Below are positions 9,497 to 18,821 of a stretch of DNA of 64,000 nucleotides, piece after piece. The stretch covers positions 1,152,001 to 1,216,000 of the forward strand of contig OZ245365.1 in NCBI GenBank assembly GCA_965226495.1, read 5' to 3'. Made by a program: the position numbers and the translations under genes. This stretch comes from Candidatus Marinacidobacterales bacterium (GTDB lineage: Bacteria; Acidobacteriota; Vicinamibacteria; Marinacidobacterales; DATDRI01). Numbering within the stretch: the stretch's first letter is position 1; each line of letters opens with the position of its first letter. Under the pieces are notes generated by a model. That model did no database searches, was not told where the DNA came from, and saw nothing but the letters and a program-made list of their open reading frames with translations.

Positions 9497-10510
9497 GTGA
9501 TGGCGAAAAAGCCCGAGAAGAAAGTCCGGTTCGACATAGGACTTCTGCCGACTCGGCCCGTTGGCGAGGTGGCAGAACTTGCCGTTGTCGCCGAGGAGGC
9601 GGGATTTGGCGGTGTTTGGGTCGCCGATTCGCAATCCGTGTTTCGCGATGCCTGGGCAACCCTCGCCCTGTGCGCCGATCGGACGCAGAAGATCCGTTTG
9701 GCCACCGGGGTTACAAATCCGATCACCCGTCACCCCGCCGTGCTGGCCGGCAACATCGCGACTTTGAACGAGCTCTCCGGTGGGAGAGCGATTCTCGGAG
9801 TGGGGCGTGGTGAAAGTGCCGTTTACAACCTGGGATTGAAGCCAGCGACGATCCGACAGTGGGAAGACCGCGCTCTGACGATTAGAGCTCTCCTTCAAGG
9901 AGGTACGACCACGTATCAAGGTCGGGAGATTCGGATGGCCTGGCCGGTCTCGCCGGTCCCCATCTTCTTTGCCGCATCCGGTCCGAAGGCGCTCCAATCG
10001 GCAGGGAAGGTTGCCGATGGAGTCCTCTTCCAAGTGGGCTCCGAGACTTCCTTGATCGAGTACGCTCTCGAGAACGTACGAAAGGGAGCCGCCGCCGCCG
10101 GCCGGAATTTCGACGAGATCCAATTGTTCGTGAGGCTCGCCTGCAACGTTGGGCGAGACCGCGTCCGTGCGAGAGAAGAGGTCAAAGGTTATGGAGCGGT
10201 GGCGGCGGGCACCGTGTTCAGCTCGGTCCCCAAGGAGGTTTTTCCAGAGCGCCTGTGGTTGGAGCTAAAGGAAATGAAGGATCGGTACGACTACTACCAG
10301 CACGGGAGCTCAGACGCCGTACACAATGAGCTGGTGACGGATCGCATCCTCGACTCAATTGCTATCGCCGGAACGCCCGAGGAAGCCGTCTCACGTTTTC
10401 AAGAGATCGTACGCCTCGGCGTCGATGGCTTCGTCATACCCATTACCAGTAGCCAGCCTCGAGCACTCCTCCGGACGCTCTCCGAAGATGTCATCGCTTC
10501 CCTAATATAG
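9497..10510 (+). CDS. LLM-class (luciferase-like, Mer-type) flavin-dependent oxidoreductase
   Basis: AEEAGFGGVWVADS, GVTNPITRHP, SGGRAILGVGRG, AASGPKAL. Confidence 0.9.
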   Translation: MMAKKPEKKVRFDIGLLPTRPVGEVAELAVVAEEAGFGGVWVADSQSVFRDAWATLALCADRTQKIRLATGVTNPITRHPAVLAGNIATLNELSGGRAILGVGRGESAVYNLGLKPATIRQWEDRALTIRALLQGGTTTYQGREIRMAWPVSPVPIFFAASGPKALQSAGKVADGVLFQVGSETSLIEYALENVRKGAAAAGRNFDEIQLFVRLACNVGRDRVRAREEVKGYGAVAAGTVFSSVPKEVFPERLWLELKEMKDRYDYYQHGSSDAVHNELVTDRILDSIAIAGTPEEAVSRFQEIVRLGVDGFVIPITSSQPRALLRTLSEDVIASLI

Positions 10511-10605
10511 GTGGAGGACGTCAGTTTACGCGGTAAACTACAGGGCCAACCGTAGCCGAGCCATCAGGAGAACCGTGGCCATCGATCAAGGGCGGAAAGC
10601 TGGGA

Positions 10606-11004
10606 ATGAAGATCGCTGTCGTTTACCGTCCCTATCACGCGCGACTTCGAGAACTGCCGCAGTCAGGCGTTAAGTTAGGGGTCGACCTACACACAATGGC
10701 TTCTCATGGGCCACCGGTGGGGCCCGATCCTGGAGTCGAACGACCTTGGGTATGTTTGAGCAACGGGGAGGGAACTACCTGTCCCCAAGAATGGATCGAA
10801 TCTTTGAAAGCTTGTTTCGAAGAAAGTTTCGGCACGAACGTCCGTCTTAACGATCCTTTCAAGGGAGGCTTCATCGCCCGCTCCCATTCAACCGAGTTAC
10901 CGTGGTTGCAAGTAGAGCTTTCCCGCGCCGCTTTCATGACGAACATCGAGAAACGCCAGGGTGTTCTCGCAGCGCTTCGACAGTGGTGCGAGCAGAGTTT
11001 CTGA
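10606..11004 (+). pseudogene. N-formylglutamate amidohydrolase, C-terminal fragment
   Basis: YRPYHARL...DLHTM...NDPFKGGFI...LQVELSR; the N-terminal half is missing. Confidence 0.65.
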
Positions 11005-11224
11005 GCCCGTCTTCCAACCTCACAAGACGGAGACTGGGAGACGACGCGTTATGCCATTCTTCGACCTTCTGTTAAACTAAGGAAAGCCCTACAGGAGGAT
11101 AGCCAGGAAAGCTGATCTGAACTGGGCAGCCTTTTTCTGCCCGGAACGAGGCACGATTGGATAACCTCCGCCCATCCCATAGACCGGATAATTTGAAGCT
11201 GCTTTTCCGCACAGGTGAGACCAC

Positions 11225-12547
11225 ATGAGTAGCTTGATCCAGACCAAGCAGCGCCCCGTGACCGCGTACCCAACCGTGAACCTCAATCTCAACGTCCGGG
11301 GCCTGACCCCCTCGGCGACCCTCGCCATCAACGAGCGAAGCACGGAGCTTCTTCAGCAGGGCCGGGAGGTCTTCAAGCTGGGACTGGGGCAGTCTCCTTT
11401 CCCCGTCCCCCGGGTCGTGGTCGAGGCGCTCCGGGAGAACGCTCATCAAAAAGACTACCTTCCGGTGAGGGGGCTGGGTGCCCTCCGGGAGTCGGTCGCG
11501 GCCTATCACGCCCGCAAACACGGTATAGAGCGAACAGGAGACAACGTGCTGGTCGGACCGGGCTCGAAAGAGCTGATGTTCCTGATCCAGCTCGTTTATT
11601 ACGGCGATCTCGTTATCCCCACGCCGTCATGGGTCACATACGCCCCGCAGGCCCAGATCATTGGTCGCCACGTCCGCTGGCTCAACACTCAGCGCAGCTC
11701 GCATTGGGAGCTGCGGCCCGAGGAGCTCGAGGAGCTCTGTCACGATGATCCCGATCGACCCCGACTGGTGATTCTCAACTACCCGAACAATCCTACCGGT
11801 TGCACCTATCCGGTCGACACTTTAAAGGAGCTCGCAGAAGTCGCCCGGCGCTACCGCGTGGTCATGCTATCCGACGAAATCTACGGCGAGATTCATCATG
11901 ACGGTCGTCATAACTCGATGGCCGAGTTTTACCCCGAAGGGACGATTATCAGCTCCGGCCTGAGCAAATGGTGCGGCGCTGGAGGGTGGAGGCTCGGCAC
12001 GTTTACTTTTCCTGACAGCTTGGCGTGGCTTCAGCAATCCGTGGCGGTGGTCGCCAGCGAGACCTTCACGTCGACCAGCGCTCCCATCCAATACGCAGCG
12101 GTCCGAGCCTTCGAGGGCGGGGAGGAGATCGAAAGCTATCTCTTCCAGTGCCGGCGAATACTCCGTGCCTTGGGCCAATGCTGTTTTGACCGCCTAAAGA
12201 AAGCGCGGATTGAGTTGACTCCGCCCGATGGAGCCTTCTACCTCTTTCCCGACTTCCGCGTCTTCAGAGGGAAGCTGCGGAAGGTCGGCATCCGCACCAG
12301 CGCCGATCTGTGCGATAGACTGCTCGAAGAGACCGGCGTTGCCATGCTCCCCGGCTCGGCCTTCGGCCGGCGCGCGGCCGAGTTGACGTTGCGTATGGCC
12401 TATGTCGATTTCGATGGCACTGCGGCACTCATCGCTGCCACGGGCACGACTCCGGATCAACCCCTGGGCGAGGCTTTCGCCCGGGAGCATTGCCGTCCCG
12501 TATTAGAGGCATTGGACCGGATCTGCCATTGGGTGTCGGCGCTCTAG
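11225..12547 (+). CDS. Class I/II PLP aminotransferase (aspartate aminotransferase-like)
   Basis: NYPNNPTG, SDEIY, SGLSKWCGAGGWRLG (PLP Lys). Confidence 0.93.
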   Translation: MSSLIQTKQRPVTAYPTVNLNLNVRGLTPSATLAINERSTELLQQGREVFKLGLGQSPFPVPRVVVEALRENAHQKDYLPVRGLGALRESVAAYHARKHGIERTGDNVLVGPGSKELMFLIQLVYYGDLVIPTPSWVTYAPQAQIIGRHVRWLNTQRSSHWELRPEELEELCHDDPDRPRLVILNYPNNPTGCTYPVDTLKELAEVARRYRVVMLSDEIYGEIHHDGRHNSMAEFYPEGTIISSGLSKWCGAGGWRLGTFTFPDSLAWLQQSVAVVASETFTSTSAPIQYAAVRAFEGGEEIESYLFQCRRILRALGQCCFDRLKKARIELTPPDGAFYLFPDFRVFRGKLRKVGIRTSADLCDRLLEETGVAMLPGSAFGRRAAELTLRMAYVDFDGTAALIAATGTTPDQPLGEAFAREHCRPVLEALDRICHWVSAL

Positions 12548-12576
12548 AGCCTAGTGGTTCCAATCCTCCCGTCCTT

Positions 12577-13287
12577 CTACACGTGGTGTATTTCGTCCGG
12601 TGGTTCCTGTTTGGTTTTTCCATCCCGCAGGTGCCTCTCCAACACGTCTCGCGCGATGTCCTTGCCCGCCAGGCCGAACGACAACGCCAAGGCCAACACG
12701 ATGCCGCCGAAGGTGATGGAGAATGCGGCGAGCACCACCGTCCGTCCGATCGAAAGATGCTCCAATGCCACGGCAAAACCGAGGATGAGTATTGCGGCTT
12801 GAACCGATCGGGCGACCAGGCTCGCACGCGGAACGCTAGCGTTGACCAACGCGATAAGCACGCTTCGGTGTAGGAATCGAGCCAACAAGTAGCTAACCGC
12901 CAAAATAGCCAAGGCTACCAGAATGTTTGGAAGGTATCCGAAGAAGCTGGAAATGAGCTCGGTCGTTGCCTTCAGATTCAAAGCGGAAAGCGCCATAAAA
13001 AAGAAAATCAGCGCTAGGAGATAGTACACGACTTTCGCGACCAAATCGGAAGGGGACAGCCGAACTCCTCCCCGGGTCAGGACCTCTCCGAGACCCGAGC
13101 GTTGACTAAAGGTATTGAAACCGGCAAACCGGAGAAATCTCCGCAAGAACGCCCGCACCAACCGCGCAAAGATTGCCCCGAAGAGCAAAACCGCGAACAT
13201 GAGAAGAACGTTAGGGAGGAACTCGAGCACCCGATCCACGAAGAGTCGTATGGGTTCCATCACAGGATGGTTGTACCAATCGGGCAT
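12577..13287 (-). CDS. Mechanosensitive-channel TM_helix (CmpX-like) membrane protein
   Basis: FLPNVLL...YLPNILVA...ALALSFGLAGKDIAR. Confidence 0.8.
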   Translation of the reverse strand: MPDWYNHPVMEPIRLFVDRVLEFLPNVLLMFAVLLFGAIFARLVRAFLRRFLRFAGFNTFSQRSGLGEVLTRGGVRLSPSDLVAKVVYYLLALIFFFMALSALNLKATTELISSFFGYLPNILVALAILAVSYLLARFLHRSVLIALVNASVPRASLVARSVQAAILILGFAVALEHLSIGRTVVLAAFSITFGGIVLALALSFGLAGKDIARDVLERHLRDGKTKQEPPDEIHHV

Positions 13288-13290
13288 GGT

Positions 13291-14571
13291 TTACCTCCCC
13301 TCGTTTGCGGCTTGCCAGCGGCCGACGAAATGAGCCTTTTCCGACTCGTAGGCTTTTGCGAGAGCTTCGATTTTTTCCTCGACTTCATCCGAGTCCGACT
13401 CCGCGGTGTCCAGGACGAAGGCCGCGGTGCGTCCGAGGTACAGAGGGGTTAGCGACTTCAGTAGATGTTCCAGGCTCATGACGCGGCGACGATAGGCGAG
13501 CGCAAAGTCGTAGACGACCGAGGCCCAGAGATCGTCTGGGAAAGCGTGGGTTGCCCCGCCGGCGATCTCTTGGACCCGTTGTAGGTTCTGCGGTCGGATG
13601 GCATCTTTCCAAACGGGTCCCAAATCTCGAACACCTTGATGGAAGTTGTCGATCATTCTCTGCGTGTTGACCGCGATCGGCTCCAGCCCTACCGAATACT
13701 CGAAGCCAAAATAGGGTATCGGCTCGGACCCTTCGATGCCAGGCCACAATTCTGAATACGTGCCCATGAGCTCGAACACGGAGGAGACAACCTGAACCAA
13801 CATGGCAGAGAGGTCGGCCCCGGGGTCTTTGGCATCGTGGATTTTCGCCCCCAAGTAGGCCTCACACACTTTGAATCCCTCCGCCAAAGCGGTCGTGGTC
13901 ATCCAGATGTCGATACCGAAGCGGGCGACGTTGGTGTCCCAGACGTCTTTCGAGAGATAGCACTTCGCGAGCGCCTGAGAAAATCCGAAGTCGCCTCCGA
14001 TGGGTTGCCGGACCCTCGTGCCGTAAAGCGCCCGAGTCAGCGGATACACGATGCTATTCGTGATGGTTCCGTCGTACTTGTGTCGCCGGTAAAGGGGTGC
14101 GGTATAGTCGTAGCCTTCCTCGAGAATGGGCCCTACCAAAAGTTCCACCCACTCGGGTGTGATACTCCGTAAATCGGAATCGACGACCGCGCAGGCCTTT
14201 ACTCCCAGGAGCTCGGCGATCTTGAAGATGGTTCGAAACGCGCTGCCTTTGCCCGGAAGTCCATGGTAGGGCGTGACAATCTTATGAACCGGGTGCAGAC
14301 GGTGTCGCACCATTAACTTGTCGAGGGCGGTGAACTCCGTGGACGCCACCACCTCGCGGGTGCCGTCGGTTGAGCCACCGTCGGAGTTGACAATGACCGA
14401 GCGGGACTCGGGGAAGTGCTTGGTGAGTCCTGCACTGACCGCCTGGACCACATGAGCAATCGTCCTTGCGTTGTTGAAACTGGGGATGCCCACCAGGATG
14501 TCGACTCTCCCTAGCTCAGCGACTCGCCGGGATGTTTCCTCGCTAAGGAGGCCGTCGTCATTAAGGGCCAT
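13291..14571 (-). CDS. GT2 glycosyltransferase, glucosylglycerate-synthase-like
   Basis: VGIPSFNNARTI, DGGSTDGT, GKGSA, VDSDLRSI, RHKYDGTITN, RQPIGGDFG, FGIDIWMT. Confidence 0.8.
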   Translation of the reverse strand: MALNDDGLLSEETSRRVAELGRVDILVGIPSFNNARTIAHVVQAVSAGLTKHFPESRSVIVNSDGGSTDGTREVVASTEFTALDKLMVRHRLHPVHKIVTPYHGLPGKGSAFRTIFKIAELLGVKACAVVDSDLRSITPEWVELLVGPILEEGYDYTAPLYRRHKYDGTITNSIVYPLTRALYGTRVRQPIGGDFGFSQALAKCYLSKDVWDTNVARFGIDIWMTTTALAEGFKVCEAYLGAKIHDAKDPGADLSAMLVQVVSSVFELMGTYSELWPGIEGSEPIPYFGFEYSVGLEPIAVNTQRMIDNFHQGVRDLGPVWKDAIRPQNLQRVQEIAGGATHAFPDDLWASVVYDFALAYRRRVMSLEHLLKSLTPLYLGRTAAFVLDTAESDSDEVEEKIEALAKAYESEKAHFVGRWQAANEGR

Positions 14572-14625
14572 CGGGCCATCAATTGTATTACAAGGCGCTC
14601 GGCCTAGGCAGATGAAGAAGTTTCG

Positions 14626-15060
14626 TTATCCCTGCTCTAGGCGGTTCTTGATGATGAACATTTCCGTGTCGTGGGAAGAGCAAGTTTGGAGCCAAGTCTG
14701 GTCGGACGTCCCCTTCGCCCGCCACGTCATCAGAGTAACCAAACACTCTTTCGGCCCTCGACCCACGTTGGTCCCTGGAGTGACCCGTATGACGTTCTTC
14801 GGAACCAGGCGATCGGGAGAAGGACCAATATCGGCGTAGACCATGAGATTTTCCGGATCGGTTCGGAGCCGGATATAGCCTTGGGACCGGTCGAACATCG
14901 AAGTTCCGGTGAACAGGTTGTCGCCAAGTGCCTTGCGGTCCATGCTTCCCAGAGTCCAGTCGCTGTGCTTGACGCCGTCGGAGACATAGGCGAACGCGGC
15001 CTCGGCCGCACAACTCACCGCGATGCTGGAGGTGTGACAGTGGGGGTCGGTCATGTCCAT
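14626..15060 (-). CDS. SRPBCC-like hypothetical protein
   Basis: SSIAVSCAAEAAFAYVSD...W; C-terminal helix HDTEMFIIKNRLE; RBS GGAG. Confidence 0.6.
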   Translation of the reverse strand: MDMTDPHCHTSSIAVSCAAEAAFAYVSDGVKHSDWTLGSMDRKALGDNLFTGTSMFDRSQGYIRLRTDPENLMVYADIGPSPDRLVPKNVIRVTPGTNVGRGPKECLVTLMTWRAKGTSDQTWLQTCSSHDTEMFIIKNRLEQG

Positions 15061-15113
15061 TGGTTTTCTCTCCTCTGAATCTGAGTCGTTCTCTCAGTGC
15101 TAATATCACATTC

Positions 15114-16246
15114 ATGAAGGTCGCGACGGTCGTTCTTCTACTCGCATTGGCCCTCGGGGTATCGGCGGCCGCCGAGGAACCATTGCCGCGGCACGGGCAT
15201 CGTATGGTCTACGACAGTTCCCGAAAAGCCGTGGTGATGTTCGGCGGCCGGACCCACGACAAGAACTATCTGGGAGATATCTGGAGTTGGGACGGTGAAA
15301 CGTGGACGCAAGTTGCCGCTGCCGGACCCGGGCCGCGCGCCTGGTTCGGCTTGGCCTACGACACGTCCCGTGAGGTTCTCGTCCTTTTTGGAGGGCGCGA
15401 TGCTAGCGGCGAGCCCCGCGCCGACACGTGGGAATTGAGAGGAACGCAATGGACGTTGGTCGCCGAGGCCGGTCCGGAACCGCGGGACCACCACGCGATG
15501 GTTTACGACCCGGCCCGAGCGCCTGGTTCGGCTTGGCCTACGACACGTCCCGTGAGGTTCTCGTCCTTTTTGGAGGGCGCGATGCTAGCGGCGAGCCCCG
15601 CGCCGACACGTGGGAATTGAGAGGAACGCAATGGACGTTGGTCGCCGAGGCCGGTCCGGAACCGCGGGACCACCACGCGATGGTTTACGACCCGGCCCGA
15701 GCTCGCGTGGTGTTGCAAGGGGGCTATAACGGGACGATCTCGTTCGACGATACCTGGGAGTGGAACGGTCGGGCGTGGGCTCGCGTCTCGTCTGGAGTCG
15801 TGGGCGAGCGGGACGCTCACCAGCTCATCTACGATCACGCTCATTCTCGTTCTGTTCTTTACGGAGGGATCTATCTCGACGCCGATCGCAAGACAGTGGT
15901 TCTTGGCGACACCTGGGCTTGGGATGGTGAGTGGGAGCAGCTCGACGAGGGACATGAGAATGGGCGTTCCCACCACTCCATGAGCGTCGATCCGGGATGT
16001 GAGTGTCTCCTCCGATTCGGAGGAGGCGATTCGAAGCGAGTGCCTCGCGGTCGGACGTGGAGGTTTAGGGAAGGGAAGTGGACCGAGTTGCATGTGAACG
16101 GCCCCGACGCACGCGTCGATCACGACATGGCCTTCGATCCCTCTCGAAGCAGGGTGGTGCTCTTCGGTGGCTACATCCCCGCACCGCGCGGCGAGATCTT
16201 TGGAGACACCTGGGAGTGGGATGGGGAGGTTTGGCGGCGACGGTGA
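15114..16246 (+). CDS. Secreted Kelch/galactose-oxidase-type beta-propeller protein, frameshifted by a 182-bp tandem duplication
   Basis: Repeated R-x-x-H-x-M-x-YD...VLFGG...DTWEW blades; signal peptide; removing one copy restores the frame. Confidence 0.8.
15339..15702 (+). repeat. Tandem duplication, 2 x 182 bp
   Basis: 15339-15520 matches 15521-15702 (GCCTGGTTCGGC...GGCCCGAGC). Confidence 0.9.
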
Positions 16247-16548
16247 AGTTTCTATCGCTGCCGCCTGTGGTGAACGTGTGGACCACCTCCCGTCTTCTCC
16301 TTGTCTGTCATTGGCCTTCTTTCGAAGCGCTACTTCATTCGCATTTCGAAGTTCGTGCCGTACTCCTTCCTTTCTGAGAAGGATCTTATGGACTGACGTT
16401 TTGCAGCATCCGCACAAGAGCCTTCGTTATCAGGCTTGCTTCCGCGGATCTTCCACCACAATGAGAATCGTCTCGCCATCACCGGCGCCGACTTTTTCTG
16501 GGGGCGCTGTCATGCGGCGCCCGCCTCGCGACGGGCGCCGCAATTGCT

Positions 16549-17787
16549 TCACTCCTCGCTCCGCGGGCCGGGAGGTGACACTTTGGTGCCGTATCGTTCG
16601 TTGATTTCGTCGTAGATTTGCTGCACCACGTCGGGGAAGGGCACTCGTCCACCCACAATGAGATCCGAGAATCCAATCTGCTGGCTGAAGTCGGGCGGCA
16701 ATTTTGGCTGCGTCGCAGGCTGGGGCCAGATGTCTTCATCGATTGCAGCCATCCGCACCCGAACGTCATCCCGCGTCACGTTGAAGACCATATAATCGGT
16801 GCCCAGAGCGAGCGGACCGTCATAGGTCTTGCGAATGTCGGCGAGAACCGTCGGCGCGGTATCGAAGTCGTTGAAAAAGTGATACCCCACGGCCATCCGC
16901 GGCTTGATTCCTGCCATCACTTTGCCGAACTGCGCCGGCGAGGTGTGAACCTGGGTCCCGACGTTGAGAGCCGTCTGGGGTGTGAATCTCTGCTTCTCGA
17001 TCAGGACGGAGGGTGGCGCGAAGCACTCGTGGGTCGCGATGTCTGCGTCCTTGGTGTGCTCCATCCACCACTTGTTCGGAAACGTGTCACTGCTGTAAGC
17101 GAACTTGAGACCGTTCCACTCGAGAATGAAACTCACCGGGCCGTCCAGAGCATGAATGGCCGGAATCGAGCGGATAGTGACGCCGTTCTCGCTGTAGATC
17201 GCTTTGTTGACCGCCCTGTAGTCGAACTCGTTGACCTCGATCTCCAAGCCTCGAATGTCCACGTTCCCGAGGCGAGACCCTTTGTCCCAAGTCAGCATTT
17301 TCTCCATGTGCTCGATAGCATAGGCGATACCGTACTCTGGCGCGTGTCCGGAAGGCCCCCAGACCCGCATCGTGTTGACCCGGTTCCCAATCACACCACC
17401 CACCCAGAGCGCGTCCATGTCCCCGAAGTGATCGGAGTGTAGGTGCCCAATAAAGACCTTGTCGAGATAGTCGTATGGGATCTTCATAGCCGAGATGCGC
17501 TCCGCCGAACCGGTCCCGATGTCGAAAATGAATCTGTCACCGTTTCCGAGCTCGACGAGCCAACAGGCGGCCGCCTGTTTCGGTCGGGCGTTGGGCATTC
17601 CCGTACCGCAGGCCGTCACCCGCATCTCATCCGGACCGAGCGCCTCCGTGCCCGGGTAGTAGACGTCGTGCTCCGGAAGAGCGTCGACTGGTGAGGATTG
17701 TGGTTGCGCGGCGATCAACAAGACGGCCGCGAGGCAGGCCGCGAAACCCGCGAGAAAGGTAAAAAAGTAGCTCGTTCGTTTGATCAT
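16549..17787 (-). CDS. Exported MBL-fold metallo-hydrolase (RNase Z/GntH-like)
   Basis: GTGMP, FDIGTG, GHLHSDHFGD, SSDT, HECF, VHTSP. Confidence 0.85.
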   Translation of the reverse strand: MIKRTSYFFTFLAGFAACLAAVLLIAAQPQSSPVDALPEHDVYYPGTEALGPDEMRVTACGTGMPNARPKQAAACWLVELGNGDRFIFDIGTGSAERISAMKIPYDYLDKVFIGHLHSDHFGDMDALWVGGVIGNRVNTMRVWGPSGHAPEYGIAYAIEHMEKMLTWDKGSRLGNVDIRGLEIEVNEFDYRAVNKAIYSENGVTIRSIPAIHALDGPVSFILEWNGLKFAYSSDTFPNKWWMEHTKDADIATHECFAPPSVLIEKQRFTPQTALNVGTQVHTSPAQFGKVMAGIKPRMAVGYHFFNDFDTAPTVLADIRKTYDGPLALGTDYMVFNVTRDDVRVRMAAIDEDIWPQPATQPKLPPDFSQQIGFSDLIVGGRVPFPDVVQQIYDEINERYGTKVSPPGPRSEE

Positions 17788-18262
17788 CAGAACACTCCCT
17801 TCGGTCCGTTTGACCTCATTTGCTGTCGCAAGCGACCGACGTGCTCAGCCCCGAGCTCGTTGAAAGCTTCAGTTGGGCGCCGCTTATTGTTGTTTGTCTT
17901 CTCCACGTCCTCGGCATGTCTTCCTCCCGGCCAGAATTCGAAACCAATGCCGATGAGCGGCCCCTGCGAGGTGGCTTCGTACCGATAAAAGTCTGGAAGG
18001 CGGTCCGTCCCTTGCTCGTACTCGACATCCATCCACCGGTACTGAACCACGAGCAGGATCTTCTCGCGCAAGAGAAATGCGACACCACCCTGAAGATTTG
18101 TCGTTAGCTCCGACCCTGCACCGAAGCCACCGAAGTCGGCCCTTGCCGACAAACGGATTTTCGGGTGCACCTGGCCGATCCAGCGGGCACCGACGATCGG
18201 GTCGAGCCAGTCGATGGCGAAGTCTACGGCCGGGCCGCCGATGGTTCGTCTTGACTCTCTCA
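17787..18262 (-). pseudogene. C-terminal fragment of an outer-membrane beta-barrel protein
   Basis: DWLDPIVGARW...RADFGGFGAGS...YRWMDVEY...GPLIGIGFEF; no N-terminal half or start. Confidence 0.6.
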
Positions 18263-18264
18263 GT

Positions 18265-18780
18265 TCACTTCTTCCGCGTGAACTGAACCGTCGTGAAATG
18301 ATCCTTGCCTGTTTCCTTCCAGGTCCATTTCTGCGTGAAGTGATTCTCGTCTTGGAAGGTCACGACCAATCCGCTGATATGAGCGTGGTTCGTACTGTTT
18401 AGGTTCGTCCCTCCGGTGAAAGTGAAATCGAGAACCTTGGGATCACCTGTAATGGGTTCGGTCTGCATCCGCGGTTGATTGTTCCCGGTGCAGTAGTGGG
18501 TGAGCGCCACGCGATCGTAATCCAGATTGTAGATCGTCACCATAGGAGCTTCGGCTTCGGACCCGAGCGTCTCCATGAGTGCGGTCCCTCCGGAGATGAG
18601 CTCGTAGGAGGCTTCGCGTGAAGTGCCATCTTCGGCCTGTCCTTCCCACTCACCGACCAGCGTCTTGAGTTTGTCGAAACCGATCTGACCTTTGGAATCT
18701 CCGGCCGTTGCACTGGCACTGATCGCTAGGACAAAGATGGCCGCCGATAGTGCTGACAGTAGGGTTAATCGCTTCATCAA
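18265..18780 (-). CDS. Secreted hypothetical protein
   Basis: Signal peptide; FDKLKTLVGEWEG...THYCTGNNQPRM; RBS AGGAG. Confidence 0.8.
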   Translation of the reverse strand: MMKRLTLLSALSAAIFVLAISASATAGDSKGQIGFDKLKTLVGEWEGQAEDGTSREASYELISGGTALMETLGSEAEAPMVTIYNLDYDRVALTHYCTGNNQPRMQTEPITGDPKVLDFTFTGGTNLNSTNHAHISGLVVTFQDENHFTQKWTWKETGKDHFTTVQFTRKK

Positions 18781-18821
18781 TATCTCCTTTGTTGGCTTAG
18801 TACTTCATTGCAGGGTTGTGG

